A stretch of DNA of 64,000 bases. It comes from a bacterium. Its GTDB lineage: Bacteria; BMS3Abin14. Of this stretch, positions 40,091 to 50,275 are shown one piece after another. The first letter of the stretch is position 1. Every line of letters starts with the position of its first letter. The notes under the pieces were generated by a model, which saw only the letters and a program-made list of their open reading frames with translations, made no database searches and was not told the origin of the DNA. The stretch is taken from positions 63,016 to 127,015 of the forward strand of contig JARGFZ010000002.1 of assembly GCA_029210965.1 (NCBI GenBank). The letters run 5' to 3'. Made by a program: the position numbers and the translations under genes.

Positions 40091-40765
40091 TTGAGTTTTA
40101 AATGCTTGTCAAAATCCATGATCTATTTTTCATCTTTCATTTTTCATAATGCGGAGCTCGCCTTGGAAACTTTCATAAAAGCCTTTGTGGCCTACTTTGT
40201 CATCGTTGACCCTGTCGGGACTTCCATGATCTTCAGCGGGCTCACCAGCGGGAAGGATGAGCTCTATGCACGCAGAATGGCCGTGCGATCTGTCCTGTTT
40301 TCAACAGTGCTGGTCCTGCTCTTCGGGTTCTGGGGGATGGCTCTCCTGGGTGTCCTGGGCATACAGATGGAATCCTTCCGCATCGCCGGCGGGCTTTTGA
40401 TCTTCTATGCTGCCTTTGGCATGATCACTCGTCCAGACAGTTCAACAGACCCTTACCGGAAGGGTGTTTTCGAGGATATCTCCGTGTATCCCCTTACGAT
40501 ACCCCTTATTGCCGGTCCCGGCTGTCTGACCCTGACGATCCTTCTTTTCTCCAATGCCCGCGACCAGGGAGCGGGCTTTGCTCCGCTGATCCTGGCCATC
40601 CTTGCCATTTTTTCAATGACATTCTTGAGTTTTCTGTTTTCAAAGAAGATGGCCCGCCTGGTGGGACAGACCGTCAACAGTATTTTCACCAGGCTCCTTG
40701 GGGTTATTCTGGCCTCTCTCGCCATCCAGTTCATTGCCGACGGGATCAAGGCGCTGTGGAGGTGA
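40091..40765 (+). CDS. MarC-family integral membrane protein (UPF0056)
   Basis: FVAYFVIVDPVGTSMIFSGLT motif plus 6 TMs. Confidence 0.8.
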   Translation: MSFKCLSKSMIYFSSFIFHNAELALETFIKAFVAYFVIVDPVGTSMIFSGLTSGKDELYARRMAVRSVLFSTVLVLLFGFWGMALLGVLGIQMESFRIAGGLLIFYAAFGMITRPDSSTDPYRKGVFEDISVYPLTIPLIAGPGCLTLTILLFSNARDQGAGFAPLILAILAIFSMTFLSFLFSKKMARLVGQTVNSIFTRLLGVILASLAIQFIADGIKALWR

Positions 40766-41078
40766 TAAAGACCGGATCCCGGTTCATGCAAATCGACCAA
40801 CTAATTCCGTGATACCTGGCTACCCCGAAACCAGACTCGGAACGATGATCTCTGGAACTCCCACTCTGCTCGCCTCCGTGATCAAAAAACACGAAAATTC
40901 CACAATGAACAATAAGCTTTTTTGTTCCCCTTTCTTTACATAGTCCCCACGCGGATCTAAGCTTTCAATACCCTTCGAATATCGTGAACGTCTTAAAGTC
41001 CAATCTGTGTCCGAATAACTCTGCCGAGGTTCGTTGGAAGGAAATGGTCCTTCCACGTTTAATAACAGGAGGTTAGAT

Positions 41079-42056
41079 ATGAACGGAAAATGGATGAAAC
41101 TGGCTGCGGCTGCTCTGGTGCTGGTCGTGGGTACAGCGGTTCCGGCCTTGGCTTTCGAGCCTGCAGGGGTCACATGCATCGCTCCGGCCAACCCGGGGGG
41201 AGGTTGGGACTTTACCTGCCGTTCGGGAGCCCAACTCCTTTATGACCTGAAGATGGTCAGCAGGCCGATCCAGGTGATCAACATGCCCGGGGCCGGAGGT
41301 GGCGTGGCCTACGCACACGTGGTCACGGAAAAGAAGGGTGACAACAACCTGTTGGTGGCGGCAAGCCGATCCACCACTACAAGGCTGGCCCAGGGTCAGT
41401 ACAAGGGCTTTACCGAGAATGACGTAAGGTGGCTGGCGGCAAACGGGGCCGACTACGGTGTGATCTCCGTCAGGACAGACGCGCCGTGGAAAAACCTCAA
41501 GGAACTCATGGCGGCGTGGAAGACTGATCCGAGCAAGATCGCTGTGGGCGGCGGCAGCGCCGTGGGCGGTCAGGACCACATGAAGGTCATGATCCTGGCC
41601 AAGGCGGCCGGTATCGACCCCAAAGCGGTCAAGTATGTACCCTTTGACGGCGGCGGTGAGGTCATGACCGCACTCCTCGGTGGATTCGTGCAGGTATTCC
41701 CGGGGGACATTTCGGAGGTCAAGGCGCAGCTGGACGGCGGGCAGATCCGCGTGCTTGCTGTCATGGGTGACGAGAGGCTTCCGGATGAACTGAACAGCAT
41801 CCCCACAGCCATTGAAGAGGGTTACAAAGCCAAGTGGGTTGTCTGGAGAGGGTTCTACATGCCCGCCGGGACCTCTGACGAAGCATACAACTACTGGATC
41901 GACGTCCTTAAAAAGGCAACAGCTTCCCCTGAGTGGGCCAAGATGAGAAAGCAGAACGGGATCGCGCCCTTCTACAGGAGCGGTGCTGATTTCAAGGCTT
42001 TTGTTGATGAGCAGGTTGAAGAGATCCGTGGGCTCACGAAGGAGCTAGGTCTGTGA
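41079..42056 (+). CDS. tctC: Tripartite tricarboxylate transporter substrate-binding protein
   Basis: Bug/TctC family with a signal peptide. AGGAGG RBS 8 nt upstream of the ATG. Confidence 0.8.
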   Translation: MNGKWMKLAAAALVLVVGTAVPALAFEPAGVTCIAPANPGGGWDFTCRSGAQLLYDLKMVSRPIQVINMPGAGGGVAYAHVVTEKKGDNNLLVAASRSTTTRLAQGQYKGFTENDVRWLAANGADYGVISVRTDAPWKNLKELMAAWKTDPSKIAVGGGSAVGGQDHMKVMILAKAAGIDPKAVKYVPFDGGGEVMTALLGGFVQVFPGDISEVKAQLDGGQIRVLAVMGDERLPDELNSIPTAIEEGYKAKWVVWRGFYMPAGTSDEAYNYWIDVLKKATASPEWAKMRKQNGIAPFYRSGADFKAFVDEQVEEIRGLTKELGL

Positions 42057-42487
42057 CAGATCGACTGACAGGCGGCTTGCTGCTGGTTCTCTCCCTGGGA
42101 TATGCCTATCAGGCAAAATCCTTTGATGTAGGGTTCATGGCTGACCCCATCGGGCCCAAGGCCTTCCCTCTCATCATCGCCGCCTTCATGTTTCTGATCT
42201 CCCTGTATCTCATATTCAAGCCGGATCCGGAACCAGAGTGGCCGGTACAAAGGGTGTGGGTGAACAAGGGGCTGGTTCTCCTGAGCTTCGTATTGTATGC
42301 CTATGCCTTGGTTCCACTGGGGTTTCTCCTGTCAACGACGCTCCAGGTGACATTCCTGGCTTTCATGTTCAAAGGTAAGATCTGGAAGGGGCTGGCGGCC
42401 GCTGTGGCCGCCAGCCTCATTCTCTATTCCATCTTCGTGTTCCTGCTGGGCATCCCTCTGCCAGTGGGGAAAATATTCGGAGGCTAG
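42053..42487 (+). CDS. tctB: Tripartite tricarboxylate transporter small permease
   Basis: 144 aa with 4 TMs. Start overlaps the tctC stop. Confidence 0.7.
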   Translation: MTDRLTGGLLLVLSLGYAYQAKSFDVGFMADPIGPKAFPLIIAAFMFLISLYLIFKPDPEPEWPVQRVWVNKGLVLLSFVLYAYALVPLGFLLSTTLQVTFLAFMFKGKIWKGLAAAVAASLILYSIFVFLLGIPLPVGKIFGG

Positions 42488-44008
42488 ATGAGTGTAATTC
42501 ACTCCATGGCACAGGGATTTGCAGTCGCCCTGACCCCCATGAACCTGATGCTGGCCTTTTCGGGGGCGGTGGTAGGGACCATGGTGGGTGTTCTGCCCGG
42601 CATCGGCCCTATCACGGGTGTCGCTATCCTGGTGCCCCTTACCTACGCTATGAAGCTCCCACCCGAATCGGCCATCATCCTCCTGGCCGGCATCTACTAC
42701 GGAGCTATGTACGGTGGCTCCACCACAAGCATCCTGCTCAACGTTCCTGGAGAGACAGCCTCGGTGGTCACCACCCTTGACGGGTACCAGATGGCCAGGC
42801 AGGGCCGGGCGGGATCCGCTCTGGCCATGGCAGCTATCGGTTCCTTCGTGGCTGGAACATTGTCAGTCCTGGGGCTCATGCTCTTCGGACCCTTCCTCGC
42901 CAAGTGGGCCATCCGTTTCGGCCCGGCTGAATATCTGGCTCTGATGGTGTTCGCCTTTTCCATGATCTCGACCCTGGCAGGGAAGAACCTGGCAAAGGCC
43001 CTCATCGCCACACTGCTAGGCCTCGCCTTCGCCACAGTGGGGATCGATCCAGGGAGTGCTGTACCCCGCTACACATACGGTCAACTCAAGCTTTACGACG
43101 GGATGGATTTCCTTGTAGTTGCCATCGGTCTGTTCGCCATAAGTGAAATTCTTGTCCTGCTGGAGGAGACTCACACAGGACAGACGGTGGCCGCCGAGAT
43201 GGGAAAAGTGTGGATCTCATTTAAAGAACTGATGTTCTCCATGGGGGCCGTTCTCCGCGGCAGTATTCTCGGCTTCTTTATCGGCGTGCTGCCGGGTGCC
43301 GGTGCGTCTATTGCCAGCTTCATTTCCTACACTCTTGAAAAGCGGGTGTCCAACCGCAGCGACACCTTCGGCAAGGGTGACATACGCGGTGTTGCCGGTC
43401 CCGAAGCGGCCAACAACGCGGCTGCGGGGGGCGCTCTTATCCCCCTTCTCACCATGGGCATACCCGGTAGCGGAACCACCGCCATCCTCCTTGGTGCCCT
43501 TATGGGGATGAATGTCACCCCGGGTCCCCTGATGTTCCAGAACCACCCCAAGGTCGTTTGGGGCCTGGTGGCCTCCATGTACATCGGTAATGTCATGCTC
43601 CTGATCCTCAACCTTCCCCTTGTGGGGCTGTTTGTGAAGATCCTGCTGGTCCCGCGTTGGATCCTCCTGCCCGTTGTTACGGCTGTCAGCTTCATAGGTG
43701 TCTATTCGGTGAACAACAGTCCCTTCGACCTCCTTCTCATGGCGGGGTTCGGACTGCTGGGCTATCTTATGAGGAAAATGGACTATCCTCTTGCGCCGGT
43801 GATCCTGGGGCTTGTGCTTGGCGAGATGATGGAGAAAAACCTGAGAAGGGCGCTGTCTATAAGCGGGGGAGAGTGGAGCTATCTCTTCAAGAGCCCGATT
43901 TCCATCACCCTTTGGGTACTGGCTGCTGTCAGCCTCTTTACACCCCTGATCTTCCGGAAACTGAAAACGATGAAGGATGAGATCGTGACAGGAGAGGAAG
44001 AGCTTTGA
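42488..44008 (+). CDS. tctA: Tripartite tricarboxylate transporter large permease
   Basis: 506 aa polytopic protein. Conserved TctA motifs (GVLPGIGP, GIPGSGTTA). Confidence 0.9.
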   Translation: MSVIHSMAQGFAVALTPMNLMLAFSGAVVGTMVGVLPGIGPITGVAILVPLTYAMKLPPESAIILLAGIYYGAMYGGSTTSILLNVPGETASVVTTLDGYQMARQGRAGSALAMAAIGSFVAGTLSVLGLMLFGPFLAKWAIRFGPAEYLALMVFAFSMISTLAGKNLAKALIATLLGLAFATVGIDPGSAVPRYTYGQLKLYDGMDFLVVAIGLFAISEILVLLEETHTGQTVAAEMGKVWISFKELMFSMGAVLRGSILGFFIGVLPGAGASIASFISYTLEKRVSNRSDTFGKGDIRGVAGPEAANNAAAGGALIPLLTMGIPGSGTTAILLGALMGMNVTPGPLMFQNHPKVVWGLVASMYIGNVMLLILNLPLVGLFVKILLVPRWILLPVVTAVSFIGVYSVNNSPFDLLLMAGFGLLGYLMRKMDYPLAPVILGLVLGEMMEKNLRRALSISGGEWSYLFKSPISITLWVLAAVSLFTPLIFRKLKTMKDEIVTGEEEL

Positions 44009-44517
44009 CCACTTTTGGGGAGGAACTGAATTTGAACCTGTTCTATGTGGTTTTATGGGCGTCGGTGGGGGGGGTGGCCGCATGGAGGCTTCATCTGCCC
44101 GGCGGAGCGTTCATAGGAGCGCTTTTAGCCTGTGTCCTCTACAGAGCTGTCGCGGCTCAGCTGCCGACCCTTCCCGGGTCGGTCTCTTTTGTGATCCAGA
44201 TCCTGGCCGGCATCCTTGTGGCATCCTCTTTCGACCCTCATCTGGCAAAAACCTTCAAACACCTTCTCCCGTGGGCTTTTGCCGGAGCTGTTTTTTACAT
44301 TCTGGTGGGTTTCCTCCTGGCCCATTTTTTCACCGCCCTGGGTGTCCTGGAGCCCAGGACCGCACTTTTCAGCCTCACCCCTGGCGGCCTCATGGGGATG
44401 AGCGTCATTTCCACAGCGGAGAATTCACAGCCAGGGGTTGTAGTCATGTTTCATTTCATCCGTGTGATCTTCGTCCTCCTTGTCACCCCCTTTATAGGGT
44501 ATTTCATTCACAGATGA
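44005..44517 (+). CDS. AbrB-family (AmoA-like) membrane protein, half-size
   Basis: 170 aa with 5 TMs. Start overlaps the tctA stop. Confidence 0.5.
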   Translation: MTTFGEELNLNLFYVVLWASVGGVAAWRLHLPGGAFIGALLACVLYRAVAAQLPTLPGSVSFVIQILAGILVASSFDPHLAKTFKHLLPWAFAGAVFYILVGFLLAHFFTALGVLEPRTALFSLTPGGLMGMSVISTAENSQPGVVVMFHFIRVIFVLLVTPFIGYFIHR

Positions 44518-45230
44518 CGCCCGGGCGACGGGGGGGGGGAGGCTCGACGGTAATATCTTCTCTCGGGCCGACCCACCTTACGATAGGTCAGGTCAGCCAG
44601 GAGGGAGCCGCTTGAAACCAGAAATTCCAGGTAGCGTCGTGCCGTGGTCCGGCTGACACCAAGAACAATCCCGGCTTTCTCAGCGCTTATTCCCTCATCT
44701 GATAAACCTGCCAATACCTTCTGCACCTTTTCCAGGGTAAGTGGGTCGATCCCCTTGGGAAGGTCGGAGGCTGCAGCCCTCCTCGTCTGAGCTGTACCCA
44801 GAAGGCGATCCACCTCATTTTGTTCCAGATCATCATCATGGTCCAGTACCCGGCGGTACTCCAGATACTTTTCCATGGATTCCCTGAAACGGGAAAAAAC
44901 CACAGGTTTGATGATGTAATCAAAAACACCACTGCGAAGCGCTTCCCTGAGGGGTGTGACCTCCCGGGCCGCGGTGATGAGGATCAGGTCAACCTCCCGA
45001 TGCTCGCTGCGCAGATCGTGCAGCAGATCCATCCCGTAGCCATCGGGAAAGAAAAGGTCCAGGAGGACAAGATCGGGATCGAGGACCTCGCACATCTCCT
45101 TGCCGTGAACAAGGCTATTGGCTATCCCTACAACTTCGAACCCCTCCACTTTTTGGGTGAAACGTCGGTGAATATCGGAGATGCGTTCATCATCCTCCAC
45201 GATGAGAACCCGAATTGCGCTGTTGGTCAA
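44508..45230 (-). CDS. Two-component response regulator (CitB/DcuR family)
   Basis: Receiver domain (VLIVEDDERIS...LLDLFFPDG) plus a C-terminal HTH. Confidence 0.85.
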   Translation of the reverse strand: MTNSAIRVLIVEDDERISDIHRRFTQKVEGFEVVGIANSLVHGKEMCEVLDPDLVLLDLFFPDGYGMDLLHDLRSEHREVDLILITAAREVTPLREALRSGVFDYIIKPVVFSRFRESMEKYLEYRRVLDHDDDLEQNEVDRLLGTAQTRRAAASDLPKGIDPLTLEKVQKVLAGLSDEGISAEKAGIVLGVSRTTARRYLEFLVSSGSLLADLTYRKVGRPERRYYRRASPPPSPGRHL

Positions 45231-46927
45231 ATCTGGACCTCCTTGGGTATGGCAACTGTGAAGAGGGCGCCGCCGATCTCGCTTGTTCCGATGGTGATAT
45301 GACCTCTCAGTCCTTCCAACGCTTCTTTTACCAGGAAAAGGCCAATTCCGCTGTGAGGATGCTTCTTGGAAGATTCACCACGCCCGAAGATCCTCTCTTC
45401 GGCCCCATGAGGGACGCCTTTACCGGAATCCTCCACCTCGATGATGATATCCTCACCAAGGTCTGTCATGGAAAGTCTTACTTCTGCTTCATTTTCATGG
45501 TTCTCCATGGCGGCTTCCAGGGCGTTGTCCAGGAGGTTTCCCAGTATCGTGATGATCTTTTCACGGCTCATCCCTTTTGGCATATCTGACAGGCTGCTTT
45601 CCTCGTCTACTTTGAAGGTGACCTTCAGTTCCTGGGCCCTGTTGAATTTACCAAGGATAATGGCAGACAGGACGGGATCAGGGACCGCCGATGTCAGCAG
45701 GTGTATGATACTCTGGTAGCCAGAGGTTTCAAGGGCTAAGATCTCCAGGGCTTCGCTGTAAGACTCCAGCTGGATAAGCCCTGCCAGCGTGTGAAGTTTG
45801 TTGGAGTATTCGTGGGTCTGTGAACGGAGCATCTCGGAATATTCCCTGACGTGGAAAAGCTCCATGGCCAGCCGGTCGATCTCACCTTTTCTGCGGAAGG
45901 TCGTCACGACACCTGTAACTCCCTTTTTCCCGGTAATTGGGAGGATGTTGAAGATCATCTCTTTACCATCAACGGTGACCTCCCTGTCCAGAATAGATGT
46001 GCCTGTAGCCAGCACCTCTTTCATCCCGGTGCGTGGGAACACATCATTAATCCCTCGACCCTCCAGACTGTCGGCTGTGGTGTATCCCAGGTTGCTCAAT
46101 GCCGCCTGGTTGGCCAGTGTTATTGTCCCTTCACCGTTGACGGCAATGATCCCCTCCCTTGCCGTTTCCAGAATAGCTGTCCGCTCAGTGAAAAGTCGTG
46201 CGATCTCATGTGGTTCAAGGCCGAAAATTGCGCTCTTGACGTCATTTGCTATGAAAGCAGCCCCGATGACCCCCGCGATAAACAGGACCCCTATGTACCA
46301 GACCACCTGCGACTGGCGGCCTCGGATGGCGCTGTTAACGTCCTCAATAAGGTAACCGACCGACACGATCCCCACGACCTTTCCATCCTCATCGAGGACA
46401 GGGGTCTTTCCCCTGAGTGAAGGGCCGAGCGTTCCCACTGCCCTTGAGACATAGGATCGGCCTTCCTCGAGGGCGGGGGCGTTGTCGCCGCCCACCATCA
46501 GTTTTCCCAGACGGTCCGGATTGGGGTGGGAATAGCGACGGCCTTCCCAGTCTCCCACAACAACAAATTCAGCTCCCGTAAGTTGCCGGATCTCTTCGGC
46601 GATCTCCTGTATTCGTCCCTCAGGATCCTTAATAACAAGCTGTGACCTGACCTGGGGGATACGGGAAACGGACTGGGCCAGGCTCAGCGCCCGGTTGCCG
46701 ATCTGACTTTCAAGGATCTGGGCAATGGTGTTGGAAAAGGCCATCCCGATGAGCCCCAGCATGAAAATAAGAAGCACCGTTACAAGAATGATCAGCCGCA
46801 GCTGGAAGGGGACCGGGCCAATGGTCTTGAGGCTTGTGCGAAAACCGTTCATGGTGTCAAGCTCCTGTGGTTTTTCCTTTATGATATATTTATATTCCGG
46901 ATATGGGGAGTAGTTAAAATAGATCAT
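45227..46927 (-). CDS. Sensor histidine kinase (CitA/DcuS family)
   Basis: 2 TMs flank a periplasmic sensor, then a PAS domain. The His kinase has H in HEYSNKLHTLAGLIQL, and a GHKL ATPase domain follows. Confidence 0.85.
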   Translation of the reverse strand: MIYFNYSPYPEYKYIIKEKPQELDTMNGFRTSLKTIGPVPFQLRLIILVTVLLIFMLGLIGMAFSNTIAQILESQIGNRALSLAQSVSRIPQVRSQLVIKDPEGRIQEIAEEIRQLTGAEFVVVGDWEGRRYSHPNPDRLGKLMVGGDNAPALEEGRSYVSRAVGTLGPSLRGKTPVLDEDGKVVGIVSVGYLIEDVNSAIRGRQSQVVWYIGVLFIAGVIGAAFIANDVKSAIFGLEPHEIARLFTERTAILETAREGIIAVNGEGTITLANQAALSNLGYTTADSLEGRGINDVFPRTGMKEVLATGTSILDREVTVDGKEMIFNILPITGKKGVTGVVTTFRRKGEIDRLAMELFHVREYSEMLRSQTHEYSNKLHTLAGLIQLESYSEALEILALETSGYQSIIHLLTSAVPDPVLSAIILGKFNRAQELKVTFKVDEESSLSDMPKGMSREKIITILGNLLDNALEAAMENHENEAEVRLSMTDLGEDIIIEVEDSGKGVPHGAEERIFGRGESSKKHPHSGIGLFLVKEALEGLRGHITIGTSEIGGALFTVAIPKEVQI

Positions 46928-46968
46928 TCAATGTTTATGGATCAAATGCGCGTTCATGGAGATGTAAG

Positions 46969-48042
46969 ATGTATCTTGAGGGTGTGGGGTTTGACGATCG
47001 TTTTGCCCGGGATTTCGAATCACTGAAGTTTGAGGGAGTTGTACCGGGCCGGGTGATCTGGCAGAGTGCCTACAGTTACAGGGTGCAGTGTGAGGACGGG
47101 GAGATCGCCGCTGAACTCTCAGGGAAGCTCAAAGCCGGGGATCTTCCAGCAGTGGGCGACTGGGTGGCTGTACGCCCTGCAGCTGTGGATGAGATGGGCA
47201 CCATACTGGCCATCCTGCCGCGAAAAAGCGCCTTTTCGAGAAACACAGCAAGTAAAGGCGTGAATGAGCAGGTCGTAGCAGCCAACATAGACGAAGTGCT
47301 CATCGTCACGGACCTTGACCGGGATTTCAATCTGCGCCGAATCGAAAGGTATATCACCCTGGTCTATAACAGCGGAGCGAGCCCGGTGGTGGTGCTTAAC
47401 AAAACCGATCTCGCAACTGATGTGGAAGCGGTGTTTGCCCAAACCGAGGCGGTTTCTCCAGGAGTCCCCATCTTCGCGGTGAGCGCTGAGAAAAATCAGG
47501 GGATAGAGCAGCTGAAAAACCACATCGGTCAAGGCAAGACCGTGGCCTTTCTGGGCTCCTCGGGCGTCGGCAAATCAACCATCATAAACTGCCTTCTGGG
47601 CGAGGACCGCATGGAGGTGGGCGAAGTCAGGGAAGCGGACGGCAAGGGACGGCACACAACCACTCACCGTGAACTGGTCCGCCTCCCGGGGGGCGGCGCG
47701 GTCATCGATACTCCGGGGATGCGGGAGATCCAGGTCTGGGGTGATGAAGAAGGCCTGGTTGAGGCTTTCCCGGAAATAGAGGCCCTGACTGCCGCCTGCC
47801 GTTTCCGGGATTGCCGCCACGATTCGGAGAAGGGTTGCGCTGTACTGGAAGCGTTGGACTCTGGCCGCCTGGATAAGGGGCGCTTCGAAAGTTATATGAA
47901 GCTCAGGGGAGAATTTGAAAGCCTCGAGGTCAGAAAGAGCAAAAACGCCCGCCTGGAAGAGAGGCGTGAAGGGAAAAGGTTTGCCAAGATGGTACGTGAA
48001 GTAAAGCGTCATAATCCGAAGAGAAAAAACCGTGACTCGTGA
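46969..48042 (+). CDS. rsgA: Ribosome small-subunit-dependent GTPase A
   Basis: Circularly permuted GTPase: NKTDL before GSSGVGKST. C-terminal zinc finger CRFRDCRHDSEKGC. Confidence 0.9.
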   Translation: MYLEGVGFDDRFARDFESLKFEGVVPGRVIWQSAYSYRVQCEDGEIAAELSGKLKAGDLPAVGDWVAVRPAAVDEMGTILAILPRKSAFSRNTASKGVNEQVVAANIDEVLIVTDLDRDFNLRRIERYITLVYNSGASPVVVLNKTDLATDVEAVFAQTEAVSPGVPIFAVSAEKNQGIEQLKNHIGQGKTVAFLGSSGVGKSTIINCLLGEDRMEVGEVREADGKGRHTTTHRELVRLPGGGAVIDTPGMREIQVWGDEEGLVEAFPEIEALTAACRFRDCRHDSEKGCAVLEALDSGRLDKGRFESYMKLRGEFESLEVRKSKNARLEERREGKRFAKMVREVKRHNPKRKNRDS

Positions 48043-48084
48043 CTCGTGAACCGTGATCCGTGATCCGTGATCGGTGATCGGTAA
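48031..48084. repeat. Tandem heptamer array (CGTGAYC/GGTGATC)n, about 8 copies
   Basis: cgtgact cgtgact cgtgaac cgtgatc x3 ggtgatc x2. The first units overlap the last rsgA codons and its stop. Confidence 0.9.
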
Positions 48085-48099
48085 AATCTGGATACAGCT

Positions 48100-48560
48100 C
48101 TTCCCCGGTTTAAAGGGTTACCTTGCATAACCCTGCCCTTCGACGCCCTGTCGTTTGCTCAGGGTCCCGAGCTTAACCGAGGGACGGGGAGCGGCCTTGG
48201 CACGGGCCAATCTGCCTGCCCTGAGCTTGTCGAAGGGCGAGAGACAGCATTTGTCGCTTTTATAGAAACCGGGATCGCTTCGCATGGGACTCGGCTCGCG
48301 ATGACCCGTCTTCGTCCTTCGCACTTCGCCGTGGCAGACAAGAGCGACTGGATTCCGGGTCATCGTGTTCTCTCTGCCCGGAATGACGTTGGTGGAGGTT
48401 TCCCCAGGCTGAGATTTCCTCCGCCTGTCTCCCTGTCTCAACGTCTCCGTGGTGAAAAAAACATCCCCTTTATTGTAACCGGCCTTTCCCCAAGTCACCG
48501 GCTTCCTCTGCCTGCCCTTCGATCCCGCCGATGGCGGGATCGAAGAATGGTAAAATTGAT
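48100..48560. repeat. GC-rich multi-hairpin noncoding region carrying motifs shared with other loci
   Basis: Part of a 594-bp gene-free stretch. Motif ctgccctgagcttgtcgaagggcg recurs at about 38598. Motif ttcgacgcc.tgtcgtttgctcagggtcccgagc is similar to 63885..63925. tcccgccgatggcgggatc is similar to 63932..63950. Confidence 0.5.
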
Positions 48561-48636
48561 CGCATTAATATTAACATACTTAATTGATTTGTTTTTATCT
48601 TGATAAAAACGATAAGTTGTAATATAATTTCAGATT

Positions 48637-49458
48637 ATGGAACCCTTGTCTCCCATCCAGATGCATGAGCGGTTCGAGGAAATTTACAGGACCTGGAACC
48701 GGAGGGAGTTTGTTCATCCCGATCCTCTGGAGTTCGTGCTCAAGTTCGAGGACCCGGCTGATCAGGAGCTAGCAGGCCTCATAGCCTCCAGCCTGGCTTA
48801 TGGAAATGTGGGGTATATCCTCAAAAGCCTGGAAAAGGTCTTTAATGTCCTTAGCCGCCCAGCCGCTGATCTAAAAGCCATGGGCAGGAAAGACCTTCTG
48901 GAAGAGTTGGGCTCATTCCGCCACCGCTGGACAACCGGGGAAGATCTTGCTTTTTTTCTCAGGGGAATAGCCGTTCTGAGGGATGAGTACGGCTCTCTTG
49001 AAAACTGTTTCCTGCAGGGCGCAGGAGAAGGCGATCAGGATGTGATCCCGGCCCTTACCGGCTTTGTAGCAAAGCTGCGCTCAGCTTCCGGGCGAAGGGA
49101 CTCCAGTCTGCTGGCCTGCCCCTCCATGGGGAGTGCCTGCAAGCGCATGTTCCTGTACCTCCGCTGGATGGTGCGCCGCGATGAAGTAGATCCCGGCCCC
49201 TGGTCGCAGGCCTCTTCCGCCCAACTTGTTGTTCCCATGGATGTCCATATGCACCGCGTCAGCTTCCAGCTTGGTCTGACATCCCGCAGACAGGCCGACC
49301 TTAAAAGCGCTCTGGAGGTGACCGGTTTTTTCCGGGAACTTGAGCCTGAAGACCCGGTTAAATACGACTTTGCCATGACGCGGCCCGGCATTCGCTCCCA
49401 ACTGGAGCCCCCGGCTGGTTTTGATCAATTTAATGCAGAGAATGTTCAGCTCTGTTAA
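48637..49458 (+). CDS. TIGR02757/DUF2400-family protein (HhH-GPD-like fold)
   Basis: 273 aa. VPMDVHMHRVSFQLGL resembles the pLDtHv.Rv..rLGL motif of this family. Assignment from memory. Confidence 0.5.
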   Translation: MEPLSPIQMHERFEEIYRTWNRREFVHPDPLEFVLKFEDPADQELAGLIASSLAYGNVGYILKSLEKVFNVLSRPAADLKAMGRKDLLEELGSFRHRWTTGEDLAFFLRGIAVLRDEYGSLENCFLQGAGEGDQDVIPALTGFVAKLRSASGRRDSSLLACPSMGSACKRMFLYLRWMVRRDEVDPGPWSQASSAQLVVPMDVHMHRVSFQLGLTSRRQADLKSALEVTGFFRELEPEDPVKYDFAMTRPGIRSQLEPPAGFDQFNAENVQLC

Positions 49459-49640
49459 ACTTGATTTGGGCAACCGGGAGGATTTACGGTCAGGTTGCCC
49501 AATCATTTTTATTGGAAGGTTTTCAAAAAAACTCATTGGAAGCTGCGAGCGGGTTGAAAAAGCTGACAGACTTTTTGCAGCATATTGGATTTTTCATTTT
49601 GTAGCTGGAGCCTAAATCTTCAGGAGAAGGAGGAAGCACC

Positions 49641-50213
49641 ATGAGTGTCAAAAATACACAAACGGAAAAGAATCTCCTCACTGCCTTTGCAGGCGAGTCT
49701 CAGGCCAGGAACAGGTACACCTATTTTGCCAGTAAGGCCCGGAAAGAGGGCTTTCGCCAGATAGCGGATATATTTGAGGAGACCGCCAACCAGGAAAAAG
49801 AACATGCTAAAAGGCTTTTCAAGTTCCTGGAGGGTGGGGAGGTTGAGTTTACAGCATCTTTTCCGGCAGGTGTTATTGCCGATACTATCACCAACCTGAA
49901 AGAGTCCGCAGGTGGGGAAAACTACGAGTGGTCCGAGATGTACCCGGGTTTTGCCAAGGTCGCCCGAAAAGAGGGCTTCGAGGAGATCGCCAAGGTATTC
50001 GAAGCTATTGCGGTAGCTGAAAAGCAGCACGAGAAGCGCTATCTGGCTCTCATGAATAATATAGAGAAGGGGAGGGTTTTCTTCAGGGACGAGGAGGTTA
50101 CATGGCGGTGCCTCAACTGCGGTTATCTTCATGAAGGGACCGAGGCTCCTGATTCCTGCCCGGCCTGTGACCACCCCAGGGATCATTTCGAACTGATGTG
50201 TGAGAACTGGTAA
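49641..50213 (+). CDS. rbr: Rubrerythrin
   Basis: Ferritin-like diiron domain ([18 protein letters not shown] ... EKEH) plus a C-terminal rubredoxin CxxC...CxxC. Confidence 0.9.
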   Translation: MSVKNTQTEKNLLTAFAGESQARNRYTYFASKARKEGFRQIADIFEETANQEKEHAKRLFKFLEGGEVEFTASFPAGVIADTITNLKESAGGENYEWSEMYPGFAKVARKEGFEEIAKVFEAIAVAEKQHEKRYLALMNNIEKGRVFFRDEEVTWRCLNCGYLHEGTEAPDSCPACDHPRDHFELMCENW

Positions 50214-50275
50214 AGATAAGTGAACAGTGAAAAGTGAACTGTGAACCGTTAACTTCTTCCGAAAGGAGAACGACT

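Noticed and set aside
48118-48498. 126-aa minus-strand ORF in the gene-free region after rsgA
   Set aside because: It lies wholly within GC-rich hairpin repeats. The peptide is low-complexity and arginine/proline-rich, and there is no RBS or homology.
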